Source of the DNA: Felis catus
Lineage: Eukaryota
DNA: 64,000 nucleotides
NCBI RefSeq assembly: GCF_018350175.1
Contig: NC_058368.1
Span: 236,594,001-236,658,000, forward strand
Direction of reading: 5' to 3'
This document shows, one piece after another, positions 26,300 through 39,392 of the stretch; positions within the stretch are counted from its first letter, which is position 1, and every line of letters begins with the position of its first letter. The translations under genes and the position numbers were made by a program. The notes below the pieces were generated by a model that was given only the letters and a program-made list of their open reading frames with translations, did no database searches and had not been told where the DNA came from.

Positions 26300-26868
26300 A
26301 GGTGGGCCTGGAAGCTGAGTTTCCAGTTGGTGCCAAAGCCATCACAACACTCTGCTCTTCAAACTTCTGTCTCAGCGCACACCCACCATTCGTGAATTCT
26401 TCCATTTCATAGATTTCAGAGTGACCCACACAGCCCATTCTAACGTGGCTCTCCAGGAAGCCTCACAGCCTATCCTAGGGACTGAACCCCTTTTATGTAG
26501 AATGGCGTTCTGAATTCCAAGCCACCTTACAGAAAGTGTAAGGGTGAGGCGGTGAGCCACCTGCTTGTCAGGGATTCCTGCAACATGTTTACCGGCTCTA
26601 CGGTTCCATCCGTGCGTCTATGCCAGCTACCCCTTGATGTTCAGGGTCAAGAGCGGAAGGCTCCCTTAGCCAGCCCCTCAGCAGGCAGCTCTCTGAGCAT
26701 TACCAACAGCAGGAAGGAAAGAAAGCAGTGCATGGGGCTTCTCAAATATTAGCATAAATTGTTGCTTACAATGACTCCATTCCTTACAAAATGGGGTTCA
26801 ATGGAATCTCTTCCTGTGGCCACACCACAAATTCCAGAGGTAGAATGTCTCCCACCAGTGAACTGGGA

Positions 26869-26907
<39 letters not shown>

Positions 26908-26910
26908 TAT
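26869..26910. repeat. Compound (AT)n(AC)n microsatellite
   Basis: Seen directly. Confidence 0.9.
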
Positions 26911-28039
26911 TTTTACATATGAATATGTATATATATGTAAAAATATGTAAATATATGTATTATAAACAGTAACATTCTTAACATTGTGTGTATGGGCAGG
27001 ATAATAAGTCTAACACAATAGTCTCCTGTTGATTGAAGTTACAAGCCTGGCTTGCGATCATTCTGCAGTTTCCAACTCGTGGTGAAAAAGCCACACACAA
27101 TTGCAGAGTAATTGTCTCTCGATGACTCTGTTACTTTAATTGCATGTGGGGGCTGTTCTCTGGGTTGGGTTCGGCGTCTCTGTTTCTTCCAACGCCGGCA
27201 TCAGCGTGGACTCTCGCGGGTCTCCGTCTAATCTAGCTGTGGGTGGGCACACTGCTGTCCCACCCGGAGGCAGGCAGAGGAAGCCGGGCCAGAGATGAGG
27301 CCTCCTTCTTGGAAACAGAGACAGACCGTGTGTGGAGTCCCCCACTAGAGGCCCAGGGACACAGAATCTGGTTCATGGTTAAGTGAACAGGTCTTCATAC
27401 AAAAGGGTTCTAAACTGAGATTTTGCCAACTTTTGATAGCAAAAATTTCCTATCTACCCTCCCCACCCATGTAATCGTCAGTCGGGAGCCAGGCCGTCTT
27501 CCCGGGACAAGCCTTTCTGTAGGAACCCACGGCCAGCATGCCCGTGTGCTGGCTCTGGCCGTGAGTGGAAGCTACCACCTGCTCCTTGGAGACGCTTGTC
27601 CCAAACTGCTCTGGCCCGCCATGCTGCCTATGTCTCATCACTGAATAACGTCATCTCTTAGCCTACGACTCCTGAAGAATAAGATGAGGTTCTTTGAAAC
27701 ATACTAAAATAAGCTCCGGGGCTTAAGATGCTCATTCCACATATGCTGATAATCAGAAAAAAGGAGAACCGTGGCAGACGGAAATGTAGAATTTTACGTA
27801 AAGGGAAAATAGTAGGTTGGCATCACCGGCTCAAAAACAGTTGTTGTTGTTGTTGTTGTTTAAAGTATTATGATAAAATGAGTCCTTGGGTGCTGTTTGA
27901 AAAAGAGAAATCTTCACTTCTCGGACCCCAAAAGCCCAGGGAGTGTCACCTGGTGAGCTCTTCTCTTTTTAGGGATGAGTGGGACACCGTTTTCTCTCTC
28001 CCTTGCTGGTTATCAATTGTTTTGCTGGAGCCCTCTGTT

Positions 28040-28640
28040 TAAGGGCTTTAAGTCTGTAATTTAATAAGTGCTGATGGAGTGAGGCATCTCTGTGTGTTCA
28101 TCCTGATATTAATAAACTCTGATCCAAAGCTAAAATTCTGAAAGGACGGAGCATTAGCTCGTCCTTCTCCCCCTTTTAATGCTGAATGTAAATTGACTCT
28201 CTGTCCATTGCGAGATCAAGCTCCGAGCTCAATTTAGATTTGCGCACATTCAAAGTTCTTAAAGACCCAAGTTCTATTCAAATGTGAGGTTTTCACTGCA
28301 CACACAGCCTTAATCAAAAGTGGAGCTGTATAGAATGGTTTAAATTTAATCCAAATCTCGGCGAATTTCATGAATCTGCCTACTCAAGCTTCACAGGAGT
28401 GGGCTCATAAATGCCATTTCTGCGTTTCTGCATGATGGAGTATGGATGCCACTGTGCCCCGGCTCCCGGACAAATGCAGCAGAGTTCTCTCCTGCCTTCG
28501 TGCGATTTTTATGGCATGAGCAAAATAAAACTCATCTTATTGATTGATAATGGGTAATAAAGTATGACTTTTCTTGAACGGGCTGCACTAGTAACTGGCT
28601 TGAGCCATAGATGGTAAAATTAAGAATCTGATCATCCAAA
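28040..28640. promoter_or_regulatory. Candidate conserved non-coding enhancer (homeodomain/PBX/TCF motifs)
   Basis: Repeat-free block with TTCAAAG (28249), TAATCC (28347), CATAAA (28406), TTTATGG (28508), TGATTGAT with overlapping TGATAA (28541-28550). Conservation not verifiable here. Confidence 0.4.
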
Positions 28641-29469
28641 AAAGACAATCTACGTGTGGTAATGAAGAATTCAGAGTGTGTGAGTCCAGATGGCGAAGGG
28701 CGTGGGGTATGGGGTCAGAGAGGGCTGCGAGAGCGAGGGCCTAAATCTTCCTTCGATTAAAAGCTTAGGGCACTATTCACACATGGAGTAGAATGGTTTA
28801 TCTCCTACAAGCAGAAAGTATTAAAATTTATCTCGGTTTTAGAATTTTTAAAATATAACAGGCAATAGGCGACAGTTTTGAAATTTCGGTATTAAATTAA
28901 ACATACCGCTACCGTCTTTTCCAGGACTGTTCTGAAAAATGGTTCAACTAAAGTGAAGTACCTCTTGTCAGAATCGTTAAGGGGAGTTTGCACTGAACAT
29001 CCGTTAACCCCTGCATGAGGATGGATCCCAGTTCTCCAAGCGCACACAGAGGAGACTAACTTTCGAGAATAAATCAATGCATTCGGGAAGACACACACAA
29101 AACCTGCGCCAGGGACTGACCTGGGCAGGAATGGCTCTTGACTTGAACGGAACGAAATGCTTCCACACTGCGCACACCTGTAGGCTGGCCCCGCGCGGTG
29201 CTCAGATGGGGAAAGTTACATTTGGTTGGCAACTCGAGGAGCTATTCCAGTGCTCACAGAGCAGACAAGAGCCCCCCACCAGGTCTCTGGTCTTAGCCAA
29301 CAAAGGGTCTGGCAGTTCTGTCCTTAGAGACAGTGGCTTCTGCTGTGCCCCTTCCTCCTTCACACTGCCCTGTGGGTCCCCACACACCCTCATGAAGATA
29401 CCAATAGTCTGGGCCTTCCTGCCAACTGGAGAAACTTACTGAGCCCTGACCTTCAGTTAAAACCTCCTA

Positions 29470-29592
29470 GGAGCGCCTGGGTGGCTCAGTCGGTTGAGCA
29501 TCCGACTTCAGCTCAGGTCATGATCTCACAGTTCATGAGTTCAAACCCTGTGTTGGGCTCTGTGCTATCAGTGCAAAATCTGCTTCAGATCC
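29470..29592 (+). mobile_element. Can-SINE, 3'-truncated
   Basis: GGAGCGCCTGGGTGGCTCAGTCGGTTGAGCATCCGACTTCAGCTCAGGTCATGATC... stops at TGCTTCAGATCC; no CT tract or A tail. Confidence 0.9.
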
Positions 29593-30146
29593 AAGAACAC
29601 CTCTGTGAGGTCTTCGTGCCTTATCCCCTTGGCTCTGGACAGCTGATGCCATTCTGTTCTTACAGGACAAATACGGTAAAATCAAACTTTATTACAAAAA
29701 AAATTCTTTGAATTCTCATTATATATTTTTAATCAGATTTATTTAAGTATCATTTACATGGAGCAAAAATGACTCCTTGAAACATACAGTCTCTGAGTTG
29801 ACAAGTGCTTATAGTTGTGTAATCCCTACAATCACAATACAGAACAACCCCATCAAAGCCCAAAGCTTCCCTCATGCTCTGGGTATCCCTCACCCTTAAC
29901 TCTGATTTCTGTCTCTACAGGTTCATCTTTTCCAGAATGTCCTATAAATGGAATTGTACTCTTGGTATCCTTTTCGTCTGGTTTCTTTCACTCACCGTGT
30001 TGCTTTTGAGATGTGCCATGTTGTGTGTGCCCGTGTGAAAGACCACAGCTGCTCTGCCCCTTTCCTTAGCTGAGTAGTATTACGTTGTGTGAGTAGATCA
30101 AACCTCCTTTATCCATTCACTGGTTGATGGGCATTTGGGTTGTTTC

Positions 30147-30148
<2 letters not shown>

Positions 30149-30192
<44 letters not shown>

Positions 30193-30324
30193 ATGTGAGT
30201 GGGGAAGGGGCAGAAAGCGGTAAAGAAAGAATCTTATGCAGGCTGGATCCGACAACCCTAGAATCATGACCTGAGCCAAAATCAAGAGTTGAGTGCTTAA
30301 ACGACTGAGCCACCTAGGTGCCCC
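30149..30324 (-). mobile_element. Can-SINE with internal deletion and expanded (GA)n tract
   Basis: ATCATGACCTGAGCCAAAATCAAGAGTTGAGTGCTTAAACGACTGAGCCACCTAGGTGCCCC; (GA)n at 30149-30190; no poly-T tail. Confidence 0.88.
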
Positions 30325-30934
30325 TCTCCTGCTTTTCTTTTTAGACACTTTATGAGATGAACAATGGTATTTCATCATAGTTTCACTTATGTTTTCATAC
30401 TGACTAACCATGTTAATCATCTTTTCATGTGCTTATTGACCATTCTTACATTTATTTTTGGTAAAGTGTCTGCTAACATCTTCTGATATTTTGGAGTCGT
30501 TTTTGGCTCATAGCACAGTTGAGTGGAAAGTACAGATTTCTCCCACACACGGCTTCCCCAGCCAGAGTGGTGCATCTGTTATAATTGATGAAGCTGTATA
30601 ACACATCATCATCACCGGAGTCCTCAGTTTGCATGAGGTTCACTCTTGGTGTGGTACATGGCTGTGGACAAAATGCCATGTGTCCACCATTATAACATTG
30701 CACGGGGTAGTCTCGCTGCCCTAAACACCCTTTGTGCTCCACCTTATTCGACCCTTTACCCGACAACCCCAGCTACTGCTGATGTTCCTATGGCCTTCAC
30801 AGTTTTTTGCCTTTTCCAGAATGTCACAGAGTTGGATTCATATAGCATGTAACTTTTTTCAGATTGGCTCCTTCCACTGAGTGATACGCGTTTAAGGTTC
30901 CTTTATGTCTTTTCATGGCTGGATGTGTCATTTA

Positions 30935-31129
30935 TTTTTTAAAGTTTCTTCTTTGTTAATGTTCATTTCTGAGATGGAGAGAGAGAGACACAGAGTGTGA
31001 GTGGGGGAGGGGCAGAGAGAGAGAGACACAGAATCTGAAGCGGGCTCCGGGCTCCAAGCTGTCAGCATCAGACATCAGTGGGAATACTTGCAACGTGGGC
31101 TCTTAACCAACTGAGCCACCCAGGTGCCC
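30935..31129 (-). mobile_element. Can-SINE with rearranged interior
   Basis: Normal tail and head (CTTAACCAACTGAGCCACCCAGGTGCCC), but the GATCATGACCTGAGC segment is missing; degenerate TSD GATGTGTCATTT / GATGGATCATTT. Confidence 0.88.
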
Positions 31130-33277
31130 TGATGGATCATTTCCTTTTAATGCTGAATCATATTCCATTGTCTGGATAGACCACTGTTTACCTGTCTGTT
31201 CACTCAATGAAGGACACCTTGTTGGCTTCCAAGTTTGGGTAATTGTGACTAAAGCTGCTATACGCATCCATGTGCAGGGTTTTGTTTGGGCATAAAATTT
31301 TAACTCATCTGGGAAAATACCCAAAAGCATAAGTGCTGGATCACATGGTAAAAAAATACGTTCAGTTTGTAAGAAAACACCAGACCTTCCTCCATAGTGG
31401 CCACACCATGTGACCTTCCCACCAAGGCTGAGTGAGCCATTCTGTTGCTTCACACCTTCACCAGCATGTGGTTTGTCCAGACTTAGGACATTCTAGTAGG
31501 TACATATGGCTTTTTCATGTGAGCAGATCCCATGCTCCTCAAAGACTCCAGAAATCGCTGCACTGCCAGCCCTGAACAGATCTTCCAGGGGGCCATTCCT
31601 GGACCACTTTTGCTGTCTCAACCCACATCCCACACTGGGCTTCTTGCTAAAGACAGTGCTTCCTTCCCAAGAGCTCCTAGTCAATTTCATTTTTTTACCC
31701 ATCAATGGGAATATTTACAACTGTCTTCATGCTCCACGTCTTCCTTTATCGTCAGGAAAATGTCACGTTTCATGTCATCAAGTGGGCACTGGATTAACCA
31801 TAATTTTCTCCTATATATAAAGTTTTCTATTTCACATCAGTTCAGCTCAAAGTAAGAGAAACTTTGAAAACTTCAGGCTGAGCATGTACCATAGGCATAA
31901 AGTGATCTAATAATCTTGTATTCTTGAAGATAAAGTTTTCCTGGGAATATCGATTGGATGGACACCAATAAACTCTCTTTATTAGGTCTTAAATTGCTTT
32001 TGGTGTGTGGACGCAGAGGTAAGATGAGAAGAAAGGGTGGATCCCTGTCCTCCTCTGCCTCCCGTGTCTGTTCCCCTTCCTTCTGGAACAGTTACAAAAG
32101 AGATTTAAAATGTTTACTTCTTACTGAAGAGGAATAACCTGGAGTGAGAGACAGGGGCGTGCTTCCTGCTCACGCCTCCCAGATCGCCTTACTCTGGAGG
32201 GGGTCTGGATTTGGGGTTCGGACCACACCCCATCCACCTGCTTCCTTCTCCACCCTTCACTTTGCACTTCCCACCTGTGTCTCTTCCTCTTGGCCGTCAT
32301 TGGGTCATGAGTACTCAGGGCTGGGGGCTGGCGGCCAGGTCCCTTCATCTCCGATCTCTCAGGTCCCAGAGCCATTTTGTCTTTCTGTTGAAGTGAAGGG
32401 CATGAGTTTTTCATTGGTTCTCCCTCTGCTTTCATGCTGACACAGCACCCAAGAAGCATTTAAGAAGAGAACTATAATTGGAGTTACAGATGTTTGTTTT
32501 CATTACTATTTTCCGGAAGAGAACAATTTTACCTTCAAGTCTGGTGTGTCTGTCAGTGTCCACACGATGCCCTCCAGCGACGATTTACCTATGGAAGTCA
32601 GCTCTGATTCCATCTGGATTAAATGCAGTGGAGGAAAACTGGGCTTGGGGCCAAACATGGCGCCTTGTTGGCCTTTACACTCCAAGCACCTTGTGGCCGC
32701 TTGACTGCTACCGTTCAGGAGGACCTGTAAGTGTAGAGGTCATGTGGTTAGACCAGCATGGAAAGGGCAACATTGCCATCCATATTTGTGGTGTCAGCGT
32801 CCCGTAATTCTGGCCACAGACAGAGTGCTCAAACCTGCCAGATGACTACGTGAGGAAGAAATAACCAAAAGCCGGCAAGTGAAAGACCGGAGAAGCAGAA
32901 AGTACGCTCATGATCTTGAGTATTGCAGTGCCTCCCGACAGTAAGGGAAGGAGAAGACGGCAAAGGAGGCCCCTGGGAAAGTCAGCCCATTACGCGGTTA
33001 TAGTCATGGAGACGGCACAGGCTCCCTCCCTGGGGATGAATTAGCAGTCACTGCCGCCAGAATCTCTATCCATCGCATCATTGATATTTACTCACACCAT
33101 TTAAGCTGTCATTTCAAAAGACAACTAAATAATTCACAGTTTTATTTTCCTACACTGGATTTCAGGACATCTGTAAATCTGAAAGATGTTTCTCATCACT
33201 TTGTGTTACACTCTGCTCTTTCTAATCTAGATCTTGGTCTAGAAACTTTGGCAGTAATAGCTTTTACATCCGTAACA

Positions 33278-34120
33278 ATTTTATTGTGGTAAAATATACA
33301 TAACGTACAATTTACCACTTTAACACTTTTAAGTGGGCAGCTCAGCAGCATTAAGCACATTCACACTGTTGTGTGGCCCCACGTGCCCACGAGACACTCA
33401 CCTCCCCATTCCCCTACTCTCAGGCTCAGGCGCCCGCCATTTTGCCTTGTTTCTACGGATTTGAGATCTCTAGGGACCTCATTTGAGTGGAATCACATAG
33501 TATTTGTCCTTTTGTGACTGGCTTATTTCATTCCTCATAATGTCCTTAAGGTCCATCCGTGCAAGCATGTAGTACTCTCAGAACCTCCTTCCTTTTCAAG
33601 GCTGAATAATACGCTATCGTGTGCTACATTGCGTTTATCCATTCATCTGCTGATGGACACTTGGGCTGCTCTCACCTTTTGGCTCTCCTGAAAAAAATGC
33701 TGCCATCAACATGGGAGTATAAATATCCGTTCGTGTCCTTAATTTCGGAGGTGTATATGCAGAAATGAAATTACCAGATCATACAGTAATTCTAGTTTTC
33801 ATTCTTTGAAGAGCTTCCATACCTTTTACACAGTAGCTACACCACGTTACATTTCCATGAGAGGTGCGCAAGGACCCCAATGTTTCCACACCCTCACCAA
33901 TGCCTGTCATTTTCTCTTTTTTATAATAGCCACCCTAACAAGTCCCAAGTGGTGGCACCTCATTGTGGTTTTGACTTACATTCCCCTAATTACTAGTGAC
34001 ACTGAGCACCTTTCCATGGACCTTTGGGCCATTGGTATATCTTCTTTGGAGAAATGTCCGTTCAAACCCTTTGCTTATTTTTTGACTGGGCTGTTCATTG
34101 TAAGTTGTTGCTGAGTTCTC
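33278..34120 (-). mobile_element. L1MB-like 3' end
   Basis: TTTTATTGTGGTAAAATATACATAAC...TGGAATCACATAGTATTTGTCCTTTGTGACTGGCTTATTTCA...TCTTCTTTGGAGAAATGTCCGTTCAA. Confidence 0.9.
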
Positions 34121-34234
34121 AGGGACAACATTTTCCCTACAGTTGTTCAAATTTACACGTCTCCTTGCACAGTCTGTGAAGGGGACACATTAGGTAGAGG
34201 ACAGCATCCTCATTAACGAGTTCGAATCTCTTTG

Positions 34235-34403
34235 GAACATGGATTTGCAGCCCCCAGCAGTGATGTCGCCTGAGAGAACAACCTCACATCTCTGTGCTTT
34301 GGTGCAAACTGGGGCCTGATGAGAATTTTCTTGTTAATGGGGCAATGTGTGCAGAAGTTCCTGATGCCGTGTCTGGTACATGGTAAGTACTTGATTAATT
34401 TTA
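34235..34403 (+). mobile_element. MIR fragment
   Basis: Ends GTGTCTGGTACATGGTAAGTACTTGATTAAT, a MIR 3' motif. Confidence 0.5.
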
Positions 34404-34890
34404 GGGCAATCGAAGTATGAATTATCTTTTTTGGATATTCTGTGAGTGTACTTTATTTCTGAGAGGAGAAAAAAAAAAAACCACAGAAGAGAAATGCAAT
34501 TATCTGACATAAGATATGTTCGTAGTGCTTTTTACTCTGTAATGCAATAATAAAGTGAAGGGCAAGATAAGTGAATTTAATAAAATACTGTACAACATTG
34601 AGTGTTTGTATATATTAATGGTGTACTTAATGCGTAAAATATTGTATATGTAGCAAATAGAGATAATTAATTTTATTTCCTGTGAGCACCTACTTTGTTT
34701 CTCTTGGCCATGGAGAGTTCGCCAAGGTAGCTGCAATCCACTCTCCCTGTGGGATGAGAAAAGTCATCGTTTGTTTTGCCCAAACAAGCTGGGTCCGTCC
34801 GCCAATGAGCACTTGATGTTTTTTTCTCAGAATGTTAAGAAGAGAAAACTTATTGGTTTTTGTTTTCTTCATTATTAGTCACTGCTATAT

Positions 34891-35412
34891 ATTTTTAAGT
34901 TTTTATTTAAATTCTAGTTAGTGAATATACAGTGTGATATTACTTTCAGGTATACAGTGTAGTGATTTAACACTTCATACACTGCCTGGTGCATCATCAC
35001 AACAAGTGCATCCTTAATCCCTGTCATCTGTGCCCCGTCCCTCCCACCCACCTGCCCTCTGGTAACCATCAGTTTGTTCTCTAGAGTTAAAAGTCTTTTT
35101 TTTCCTTGGTTTGGCTCTCTCTCTCGCTTTATTTTCCCTTTGCTCGTTTGCTTTGTTTCTTAAATTCCACATAAGAGTAAAATCATATGGTGTCTGTCTT
35201 TCTCTGACCGACTTATTCCACTCTTTAGTTCTATCCAAGTCATTGCAAAGGAAATGGCAAGATTTCATTGTTTTTTGACGGCTGAGTAATATTCCACTGA
35301 ATACCACACCTTCTTTATCCATTAGTTAGTTGACGGACACATGATTGTTCCCATAGCGTGGCTATTATAGATAATGTTGCTATAAACATCAGGTGCATGT
35401 ATCCCTTGGCAT
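34891..35412 (-). mobile_element. Carnivore L1 (L1_Carn-like) 3' end
   Basis: TTTATTTAAATTCTAGTTAGTGAATATACAGTG...CCCTCTGGTAACCATCAGTTTGTTCTCT...TAAATTCCACATAAGAGTAAAATCATATGG. Confidence 0.9.
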
Positions 35413-35739
35413 TAGAAGATAAAGCTTTTCAAAAAGATGAAATAATGCCTTCTGAGGAGTAGCACAGAATAGTACATTCTGAAAAATAATGGTGAAAAAC
35501 AGGTGTGGGTATTTATATTTTGCGGACATCTAAAGTATTTTCCCTAACTAACATTCTCTGAGAGCCATGGTGAGGACGAATATGTTGGCTGGTAACAAAG
35601 GAAGAAGTTTATTCCATTTCTTCTCTGATCCTCACCAAGATGGACAAAAAAAGGGGGTAGTTATATTTATATTAAAAATCATTTAGAAATATTCTCTTTT
35701 TCCTCATGGATGGTTAACGTAACACACTCTGTACACTGT

Positions 35740-36552
35740 TGTATAGAAACATCACCCTGCCCTTCATCCCGCGTGGCTCTTTTGTGACACATGATGGCCA
35801 CGCTCCAAACACTGACCCGGGACATGTGGTTTTCCCACACCAGGCACTTCTGTGACACCAGCTGGGGGTCCGACGATTTAACTCAGCTCCGACACCATCT
35901 GCCTGGAGCTGGCGTCACATCCTGCAGATTCAGGGCTCAGTCCCAGGAGACGCCCCCACTCAGACGCCAGTTGCAAGGAGCACCTCCCCCGATTGCCCGA
36001 GATGTCTGTCCTACTTGGATACAAATCGGAGGTTCCCACGACCCCTCCTAGGCTTTGATTAATGTCCTGGAGTGGCTCACAGAACGCAGCGGAACCATAA
36101 CTCGCACGTCCCAGGTCACTCAAGGATGTGATAAAGGACCCAGAAAAGCAGGCAGATGAAGAGGTGCCCGGGGCGAGCTCCGCGAGGGTCCCGGGTGCAG
36201 GCGCTTCTGTCCCATGGAGCTGGGTGCTCCCCGTCGCGGTGTGGATGTGTTCGCCCCCTCGAAGCCCCCCCCCCAAGCCCTGTACCACTGGGACTTCACG
36301 GAGGCTAGGTGCAGCCTCTCTTGTCTCTGTAGGATGGGTGGGGTGAACAGCCCAAGTTTCTGACCATGGCTTGGTCTTTCTGGCCACTGGCCCCCATCCG
36401 GGAGCCACACAGGAGTCCACCTAGAGTCCCCTCAGTGAAGCCAAACACGGTCCTAGTGCTCCCGTCACTTGGGAAATTCCGAGGGTTTCAGGAGCCCCAC
36501 GCCAGGAACCGAGCACAGAGACCAGTATATATGTATTTTCTATTATCTTACA
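35740..36552 (-). mobile_element. MER21C-like solo LTR
   Basis: Antisense MER21 motifs: GACACCAGCTGGGGGTCC, GGGCTCAGTCCCAGGAGAC, GAGTGGCTCACAGAAC, GGAAATTCCGAGGGTTTCAGGAGC, ends TATTATCTTACA. Confidence 0.82.
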
Positions 36553-39221
36553 ATTATATAAAGGGACACAGAGGGGTTGTGTTGATGTATGAGGTGATTA
36601 TCTTTGGAGGAAAGTATCCCAGTTTGTTCCCAGATCCCAAACCTCCTCACTGCCTGTGCACCACATACCCCCCACCCCGGGCGCCTCCCTGGTCCCAGCT
36701 CTCCTTCTGAGGTTCTCCTCCCTGTCCACGTCATTACGCCCCGCTCCCTCCCACATCAACGAAACCGGGGGACAGCCTGGCTGCATAGCTCAGGAATATC
36801 AATTGCCCATTGTCTGAAGCCTTCAACACACTGTGAATGGCATGAAGTCAAGTTTCCAAGGATGGAGCTCATCTTGACGGCTGGGAGGAGCAGACCCCTT
36901 AAATGAAATCCTTGGGGCTGAAATGTATCTGTCTCACCTTCCCCCACCGCCAGCACACATCCACATGCATGAACGCACGTGCCTCCAGTCCTGCGAAGCA
37001 GGCACGGCAGCCCCTCCAAGATACAAGAGGGAAAATCCCAGTTAGATTTAGACAAAGTCTAATTATAAGAAAAAATAATCAAGTCGACTTTAACCCAGTA
37101 GCTATCGACCAATGGCGAATTTTGCCTATCTCTGCCTACTCTGACCACTTGGGTCACTGAATGGCTTTTTCAGTCTGCAGCTGAACTCAGTTGTCTCCAA
37201 GTTAAACAACTTACAGATGAATTCTCCTCGCCTTCTCCATATTCATGGAGGCTATTGGATTCCGGCCACCGCAATGTCACCCCATGTTGTTGCTGACTGG
37301 GAAAGAGGAGACTGGAGCTTGCGGTGGTCCCGGCACATGTTAGGCACTCAGAAAGTTACCCTTGAATGACCTCATGGATGTGGGGACTAGCCAGAAGTGA
37401 GAGGAGGCCACCCCACAGCTGGAACGCCCCTCATTAGATAGTGCTCTCTGGAAGCCGTCCCACAGGTCCTGCCTCTGAATCTGAGTCTTTCTGTGAGTTT
37501 CAGTCACTCATTTTAGAACAGATTGATCCTTGTGAACCTGGTTACGGTTTTCCACTTTCCAGTCTTTGTCATGTACGGGAAGATGCCTTTATATGTCTTC
37601 CACGGACTTCCCATTGAAAGACGTTGATGGACAACCCCAGCCCCGAATCCGCACTTGAAGGATTCAAGACCTCTGTTCTCAGGATGCCTCCCCAGTGGAG
37701 CAGGCGGCTATGGGTGGGGGCAGTGCGCAGGGAAGGTGGAATCTGGGCGACCTCCCACCTCAGCTGTGGGGCTGAGGGAGATGTTGCTGGTACACGTGGT
37801 CCAGGACCAGACGGGGAGCCCGGTTTTCAGCCACTTGCTTTCACTGACAGGGGGTGACAGGAGAGGTCAAGGTGGGTCTCAAACACCCCTTGCGAATCAG
37901 GACCCAGCTGTGTTTGCCTCTTAGCAAGCTTCTCCACGCCTAGCTCATCCAGCTACGCTACAGACCCCACAGTGCTCACAGTAGGAAGCTGTTTTGCCTT
38001 CCGTCCAGGTACTTTGTTTTACTACAGAGGCGAGATTCAGCAGGGTCAGGGATCAGAATGTGATCTGGCCACTCTGATCCTTTATACATTTTAAACACAA
38101 TTACTTGAATTACTTAACCCAGAATATCATTATAGCATGTGTGTCTCTTTCTCAAGGGGAGAAAATAAACACCATTCAAGCAGGATAAGCCCTAGTGTGT
38201 TGATTAACAATATAGGTTGCTTTATTCTGACCACCAGGGTTGTAGCGCCACAAATCAATCTTCCCAAAATACCTTCTGTGGCTTCCATCTCCTTTCCAAC
38301 ATGGCCACATGCTTCATTCGTAGAACACCATTAGTGACAGTGGGTATTTTAAAGAGAAAGAATAATTGTGTTTACCCTTCAAAGATTATCATTTTGTACT
38401 GAAGCCTCAAGGTGCTAGAAACGGATGTCTCAAATGTCACCTGGTTATAAAATGCTGCATTTTATTCCAAAAGTCAGTTTGTTCCTTAATTAGAATCTGA
38501 AAACCCAACCTGCAGCCCCAAGCCTTGCCTATGGGGTGGCTTTATCCCGGTCGCTTGCTCTCCCTATGGTTTGGTTACCCCCCTGGGAAAATGACAACGA
38601 GGACCTTCTCTCACTGTGTGATCTTGGGATTAGCCTGGAAAACATATGTGGAAGTTTGTGTAGGTGGTAAAGTGTTTTGAAAGTAAAACACGGTATCTTG
38701 ATGGATATATTTTCAAATCTAAGAAATTCCATTATAGATGTTATTCCCAGATGTGGGGTTCAATATTGCTGTAACATGTTTTGTTGAAACGGTGGCATAA
38801 GATGTAAGGAATCAAGCAGACAAGTGGTCTAAGTGACATCTATTAAACTGACCAATACCAGTTAACAGATTATTCAAGGAGAACCAAAACCTCAGTGAGC
38901 GAAGGTTGTTGTGTCAGAGGTCACTTGGCAAAGTCGGATTTTCAGTGTGTTTGCTCAATTGGCTGGTGGATGCAGGGTGCTGAGATATGTCTCAAAATTC
39001 GCCATCTGTACGTTGAGAGTTCTTTTGTTATGACAAGCGACATGGAAGTTTCCAGAACTCCCATGGCTTTCTCCCGTGGTGCTCGAAATGTTTAGATCCT
39101 ATCGTGCAATGATGTACAGATGATACTTTCCCAAATGATTTTCCCAGAGCAACACCTTCTCTGGAACTAGCCCCAGCCTCTACACATGGAAAAACGTACC
39201 CTCTAACGATCACGTCCTTGC

Positions 39222-39392
39222 TGCCGAGGACTGAAGGGTGTCCCCACAAAAGGCCTGCATTCAAGCCCTAAGCCCAAAGTGACTGAATTCGCATGAAGGA
39301 CGTAATGAAGGTTGAATGAGCAAAACAAATTCCTGTCGATTGAGCCCCCCGGTCTGTTGTATTTTGTTAAGGCAGACCTAGCCAACTAAGAA
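39222..39392 (+). mobile_element. Internally deleted MLT1 LTR
   Basis: 5' part (GGACTGAAGGGTGTCCCC...AAGCCCTAAGCCCAAAGTGACTG) joined to 3' part (AAATTCCTGTCGATTGAGCC...GTATTTTGTTAAGGCAGACCTAGCCAACTAAGA). Confidence 0.65.

Larger units (their letters stand above)
29725..31500 (-). mobile_element. Cluster of old L1 3' ends (L1ME/MB-like, then L1MC-like from ~30490), interrupted by two SINEs
   Basis: TTCCAGAATGTCCTATAAATGGAAT; TTATCCATTCACTGGTTGATGGGCATTTGGGTTGTTTC; GAGGTTCACTCTTGGTGTGGTACAT; GCTTCCAAGTTTGGGTAATTGTGACTAAAGCTGCTATA. Confidence 0.82.

Noticed and set aside
4512..36552. Two MER21-like LTRs as one ERV
   Set aside because: Opposite orientation, ~31 kb apart, clearly divergent.
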